A stretch of DNA of 64,000 bases from an uncultured Gemmatimonadales bacterium (GTDB taxonomy: Bacteria; Gemmatimonadota; Gemmatimonadetes; Gemmatimonadales; GWC2-71-9): contig CAVZZO010000001.1 in the NCBI GenBank assembly GCA_963779755.1, positions 1,216,001-1,280,000 of the forward strand, in the 5' to 3' direction. Both the position numbers and the translations under genes were made by a program. Position 1 is the first letter of the stretch, and every line of letters starts with the position of its first letter. This document shows positions 60,095 to 64,000 of this stretch, piece after piece. The notes beneath the pieces were generated by a model. The model searched no databases. It worked only from the letters and a program-made list of their open reading frames with translations, and was not told the DNA's origin.

Positions 60095-61669
60095 TCAGAG
60101 CGGAGGTGGGGTTCGGTGGGAGCCCGGGCGCCGGGCGGCGGGCACGCCGAACTGGGGCGTGGCCCACAGATATTCGTCGGTCAGCGCCTCGGCCGGGATG
60201 AGCCGGCCGGCGAAGGACTCGCGCGCGCCGGCGCGGGAGAGCAGCGTCGCGCCGAAGCCGGCCGTCCCCACCACCCAGGTGGCCAGAAAGGCGGACCCCT
60301 TGATCACCGCCCCGGCCACCGGCACCCAGCCGAAGAGGACCCAGGCGGCCCAGAGCACCAGCAGGCCGGCCAGGCCGGTAGCGACGTACCGATAGCTGTT
60401 CGCGGTCGTGATGGCGGCGCCCTGCGCCAGGCGCCGGCGGGTGTAGTTCTCGCCCATGGCGTGGGCCACCGCCAGAAACCCGCCCAGCACGCCGAGGATG
60501 ACCAGCAGGACGTAGACGATCACGGCAAAGGGCAGCAGCAGGACCCCGACCACGCTCAGAATGAGGCCGACCACCAGCATGCCGAAGGTGGGAAGCACCA
60601 GCATCTGGGCGACCAGGCCGGCCAGGAAGGCCCGCCCGAAGGAATGGCTCACGGTATCCGCAACGACTTCGAGATTGGAACGGGCGAAGAGCACCACGCC
60701 GAAGCCGATGACCAGCAGGGTCAGGAATACCCCCAGGAGGCCGGCCCCGTTGCGCAGGATGGCCAGTGGAGCGGAGGGGGCCTGCTCGGCTGCGGGCCGG
60801 GCCGGGGCCGGCTCCGCGCGCGACAGCGTGCGGATCTCTCCCCGTATCTGGCCGCCGGCATTGCGTACGCCGCCGTCGATGGCGAGCGCATCGCCGTCCA
60901 GTACCGCGCCGGTATGAATGATTACATCGCCGTCTACGGTGGCCAGATTGCCGCGCAGCGTGCCGTAGAGATCGGCATTGCCGTGCAGGACCAGGACATT
61001 GCCGGTGAGGGTCTCGTCCGACCCGATGATGTAATCGCCGAAGCGGGCCTGCCCGTTGGGCACCGTCACCCGCAGCCGGTCGGCGGGAACGGCGGCGGCT
61101 TCGCGCAGCTTCGGTTCCAGGCGGGTGGGATTGCTCAGATCGTCCAGGGCGATCGTCAGCCCGCCCTCGGCGGCCGGGGGAACGGGGCGGGCCTGCTGCT
61201 GCGGCGCTCCGGCCGTGAGCCGGGCGAAGCGGGAGCGGATCTTCCGCGCGGCCGGCGCTTCTTCATCGCTCAGGTCGGCCGGTTCCCAGTGCTGCGCGAT
61301 GCTGACGACATCGGGAGTGGCGCGGTGGCCGGCCTCGCGCACCAGCGCCGCCCAGGACGACTCCAGCTCGCCGCCCCGCGCATAATGGCCCACCAGTTCC
61401 TGGTCGATCAGGACATCGCCGTTCGCCAGCGCGATGGCCAGCTCGTGGTCATCTTCCAGGGTGAATCGGAGCGCGGCGGCGGCGGGGGCCAGCGCCACGG
61501 TATGCCCCTGGACATCCAGGGGATCCGGCTGGCCCAGCAGGTGCCGGAGGAACTCGAACGGGATGTGGAGACGGTCGCGGACCGGGCGGTGGCGGTTATC
61601 GGCCCGGAGGGCGCTCGCCGCGCCCGCCACCAGCAGCAGGGCGAGGAAAACCGGTCTAGACGCTCGCAT
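60095..61669 (-). CDS. Membrane protein with bactofilin-like (polymer-forming) beta-helix and multi-TM C-terminus
   Basis: GNVLV.GNA..GT..GN...DGDV...GAV.DGD...GG.V repeats, then about 5 TM helices. Confidence 0.75.
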   Translation of the reverse strand: MRASRPVFLALLLVAGAASALRADNRHRPVRDRLHIPFEFLRHLLGQPDPLDVQGHTVALAPAAAALRFTLEDDHELAIALANGDVLIDQELVGHYARGGELESSWAALVREAGHRATPDVVSIAQHWEPADLSDEEAPAARKIRSRFARLTAGAPQQQARPVPPAAEGGLTIALDDLSNPTRLEPKLREAAAVPADRLRVTVPNGQARFGDYIIGSDETLTGNVLVLHGNADLYGTLRGNLATVDGDVIIHTGAVLDGDALAIDGGVRNAGGQIRGEIRTLSRAEPAPARPAAEQAPSAPLAILRNGAGLLGVFLTLLVIGFGVVLFARSNLEVVADTVSHSFGRAFLAGLVAQMLVLPTFGMLVVGLILSVVGVLLLPFAVIVYVLLVILGVLGGFLAVAHAMGENYTRRRLAQGAAITTANSYRYVATGLAGLLVLWAAWVLFGWVPVAGAVIKGSAFLATWVVGTAGFGATLLSRAGARESFAGRLIPAEALTDEYLWATPQFGVPAARRPGSHRTPPPL

Positions 61670-62261
61670 GAGCCACCCGCGCGTTGGGAAGAGTCAGGAG
61701 GCGGCGCAGCGCGAGCACGCCCGTCAGGTAGGCCAGCGAGAGCGATCCCGAGGCCGCCGCCAGCCGGGCGGGCGAGCCGAGGAACGATCGGACGCTGTCA
61801 TACCAGGGTTGCTCGATCACGTTGGAGGCCGCGGTCCGGACCCCGACCCAGAGCCACTCGCCCGCCTGGGAGCCGAGCCATTGGCCCAGCGTGGCCAGGG
61901 TCTCCTGGTGGCCCAGCGTCCAGGCGACGCTGGCCCCCATGGACCCCAGCACGGCGGCGGCCAGACCGGCCGCGACGGCGAGTGACCTGCGGGAGGCGAA
62001 GATCTTCCGGCGAGTGGGCTGGAACGATGGAACCGCGGCGGGCATACCGGCCGGCACCCTGGCCATGACGCGATCGGCGAACCCCGGCCCGGGCGTGAAC
62101 AGGGGCAGCGCGGCCAGCCGGGCCGCCAGCCGCTGTTCCGCCAGGGCGAACTGGTGGCACGGCTCGCAGACGTCGAGATGACGAAGCTTGACCTGGTCCA
62201 GCCGCCCTTCCAGCAGGGCGTCCAGGTCGTCTGAGGTGAGGTGCATCATACCCGGTTCCAT
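61656..62261 (-). CDS. Zinc-binding (ZAS) anti-sigma factor with TM helices
   Basis: HL....L..LLEG.L......HLDVCEPC, P.PGFADRVMAR, TM segment. Confidence 0.85.
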   Translation of the reverse strand: MEPGMMHLTSDDLDALLEGRLDQVKLRHLDVCEPCHQFALAEQRLAARLAALPLFTPGPGFADRVMARVPAGMPAAVPSFQPTRRKIFASRRSLAVAAGLAAAVLGSMGASVAWTLGHQETLATLGQWLGSQAGEWLWVGVRTAASNVIEQPWYDSVRSFLGSPARLAAASGSLSLAYLTGVLALRRLLTLPNARVAHASV

Positions 62262-62275
62262 AGCCTGTGGTCTCC

Positions 62276-62302
62276 TACGAACGGTTCAGGATACAGGTTT
62301 CA
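62276..62302 (-). promoter_or_regulatory. ECF (sigmaW-type) promoter candidate TGAAAC-N17-CGTA
   Basis: -35 at 62297-62302 overlaps the sigma gene TGA stop; -10 at 62276-62279. Confidence 0.65.
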
Positions 62303-62905
62303 TTCGCGCAGGTCCGACAGCAAGTCGCGTAACTCATTGCGTGCCCGGTGGATGTAGGTCTTCACCGTGCCCAGCGGCAGCTCCAGGATCTGGGCGATTT
62401 CTTCATAGGGCCGCCCCTCGACATGCCGCAGGAGAATGCAGGCACGGTATTCGGGCCGGAGCTGCGCGATGGCCTGCTCGATGGCCGTGCCGATTTCCCG
62501 CGCTTCCATCTCCTCCAGCGGCGTCTCGCCGCGGTCGCTCAGTTGCAGGGAGGTCGCCTCGACCGCGTCCGGCGTCGCGGCATGGGGCGAGCCCTCCAGC
62601 GAGAGCGTATTCAGCTCCCGACGCCGCAGATGATCGATGGCCGCGTTGTTGGCGATCTTGAAAATCCAGGAGGAAAACTTGAACTCCGGCCGGTAGGACT
62701 CGATGGCGTTCAGCGCCTTGATGAAGGTCTCCTGCGCCAGGTCCTCGGCCAGTTCCCGGTCCCGCACCATGCGATAGATGAGACTGAACACCGGGCGCTC
62801 GTACCGGCGGATGAGTTCCCGGTACGCTGCCTCGCGGCCCTGCCGCGCCAGGACGACGATCTCCTGGTCGGTCGCCCCCGCGAGATCCGCCCGGGCGTCA
62901 GCCAC
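62300..62905 (-). CDS. ECF RNA polymase sigma factor (SigW-like)
   Basis: AEDLAQETFIK, FSSWIFKIANN..IDHLR, YEEIA.IL.LPLGTVKT.IHRAR. Confidence 0.95.
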   Translation of the reverse strand: MADARADLAGATDQEIVVLARQGREAAYRELIRRYERPVFSLIYRMVRDRELAEDLAQETFIKALNAIESYRPEFKFSSWIFKIANNAAIDHLRRRELNTLSLEGSPHAATPDAVEATSLQLSDRGETPLEEMEAREIGTAIEQAIAQLRPEYRACILLRHVEGRPYEEIAQILELPLGTVKTYIHRARNELRDLLSDLRE

Positions 62906-62958
62906 GGCGCCGGCTCACGCTTGCGAAGCCGGTTCCGGCCCGGCTACATTCGCGCTCG

Positions 62959-63708
62959 ATGTCGGCCTCGGAAAACAGGTTCGCTCTCGCCGGCGGCGCG
63001 GAAAAGCGGCGGTACGTGCGGGGCATGTTCACCGCCATTGCCCCCCGTTACGATCTCCTCAACCATGTGCTCAGCCTCAACGTGGACCGCCGCTGGCGGC
63101 GCCAGGCGGTGGGGCTTCTGGAATGGGAGCGCGCGCCCCGCGGGGTGTATCTGGACCTCTGTGCCGGAACCCTCGACCTCGCCGCCACCCTGGCCGGCCG
63201 GCCCGGGTTTGCCGGACGGGTGGTCGGGGTGGATTTCGTGCTGCCCATGCTCGAACTCGGCCGCGGGAAATCGAGCCGGGTGGAGCCCCTGAACGGCGAT
63301 GCGCTCGAGCTGCCCTTTGCGGATGCCTCCTTCGACGGCGCCACCGTCGGATTCGGCGTGCGGAACCTGGCGGACCTCGATGCGGGGTTGCGCGAGGCGG
63401 CGCGCGTGCTGCGCCCGGGCGCCCGGCTGGTGATCCTGGAGTTCACCACGCCCCGCTTCTGGCCGCTCAAGGCCATGTACCTCTTCTATTTTCGTCGGAT
63501 CCTGCCGTGGATCGGCCGGCTCGTGTCGAAACATACGACCGCCTATACCTACCTGCCAGAGTCGGTATTGTCCTTTCCCGGCCCTGACGAACTGGCGGTG
63601 AAGATGAACACCGCGGGCTTCGAAGGGGTGCAGTATAGATTGCTGTTCGGCGGGATCTGTGCGCTGCATGCCGGGACCAGGAACCAGGGACCAGGCACCC
63701 AGGGATAA
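62959..63708 (+). CDS. menG: Demethylmenaquinone methyltransferase (UbiE/MenG)
   Basis: F..IA.RYDLLN, WR, LDLCAGT.D, GDA..LPF, FGVRN, LEF, AYTYLPES. Confidence 0.93.
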   Translation: MSASENRFALAGGAEKRRYVRGMFTAIAPRYDLLNHVLSLNVDRRWRRQAVGLLEWERAPRGVYLDLCAGTLDLAATLAGRPGFAGRVVGVDFVLPMLELGRGKSSRVEPLNGDALELPFADASFDGATVGFGVRNLADLDAGLREAARVLRPGARLVILEFTTPRFWPLKAMYLFYFRRILPWIGRLVSKHTTAYTYLPESVLSFPGPDELAVKMNTAGFEGVQYRLLFGGICALHAGTRNQGPGTQG

Positions 63709-63774
63709 GGCCCATCCGAACTTCCTGAGTTCTGGTTCCTGTCCCTGGTCCCTGATCCCCGATTCCTGATCCCT
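63673..63774. repeat. GGACCAG / CTGGTCC-type heptamer inverted repeat element overlapping the menG 3' end
   Basis: gggaccaggaaccagggaccagg...ctggttcctgtccctggtccctgatccccgattcctgatccc. Confidence 0.75.
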
Positions 63775-63795
63775 TCAATCCTTCATTCCTTGCTC

Positions 63796-64000
63796 ATGGC
63801 CCTCGACTCAACCCGCGAGTTCCTCGACGCCATTGACGGGATCGGAGAGCTGGTCCGCATCTCCTTCCCCGTGCGCACCCGGCTCGAGATCGCCGAGATT
63901 GCCGACCGCTGCATGAAGAGCCCGGGCGGGGGGCCGGCCCTGCTGTTCGAGCAGGTGATCCAGGACGACGGCCGGCGCAGCGCCATGCCCGTCGCGATCA
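63796..64000 (+). CDS. ubiD: UbiD-family decarboxylase, N-terminal part (runs off the window)
   Basis: MALDSTREFLDAID..GELVRI..PV...LEIAEIADR.MK.PGGGPALLFE. Confidence 0.88.
   Translation, partial: MALDSTREFLDAIDGIGELVRISFPVRTRLEIAEIADRCMKSPGGGPALLFEQVIQDDGRRSAMPVAI

Overview
High-GC (roughly 70% by eye), gene-dense bacterial chromosomal window. Gene content (BTAD-TM-TPR regulator, RCC1/Big_2 lipoprotein, many beta-barrel hypotheticals) suggests Gemmatimonadota; this is an inference. About 63 CDSs, mostly housekeeping: M1 peptidase; a ferredoxin-cupin-nucleotidyltransferase-LeuA-like-DUF885-ATP-grasp run; cstA; an IDH-family/DUF4139/phosphoesterase/SprT run; gcdH-etfBA-nadC-ETF-QO; htpX-terC-MFS; mobA-mobB-moeA and queD-like-fdhD; guaB; NSS and APC transporters; nrnA, mrp, fabH, MATE and DUF62; a BTAD regulator with divergent amidohydrolase and zincin genes; an ECF sigma/anti-sigma operon; menG and a partial ubiD. 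I saw no rRNA, tRNA, CRISPR array, transposase or integrase. Main signals: (1) a window-wide set of 7-9 bp tandem repeats, often arranged as inverted pairs, several of which lie inside proteins; (2) six genes with a TANNTT box 6-9 nt before an SD-less ATG (leaderless pattern); (3) a sigmaW-type promoter overlapping the stop codon of the ECF sigma gene; (4) active-site variants in the QueD-like protein and ETF-QO; (5) an M1 peptidase apparently fused to an outer-membrane barrel; (6) a non-canonical Ddl-like ligase paired with a Zn peptidase. All product calls come from motif recognition, without database searches.
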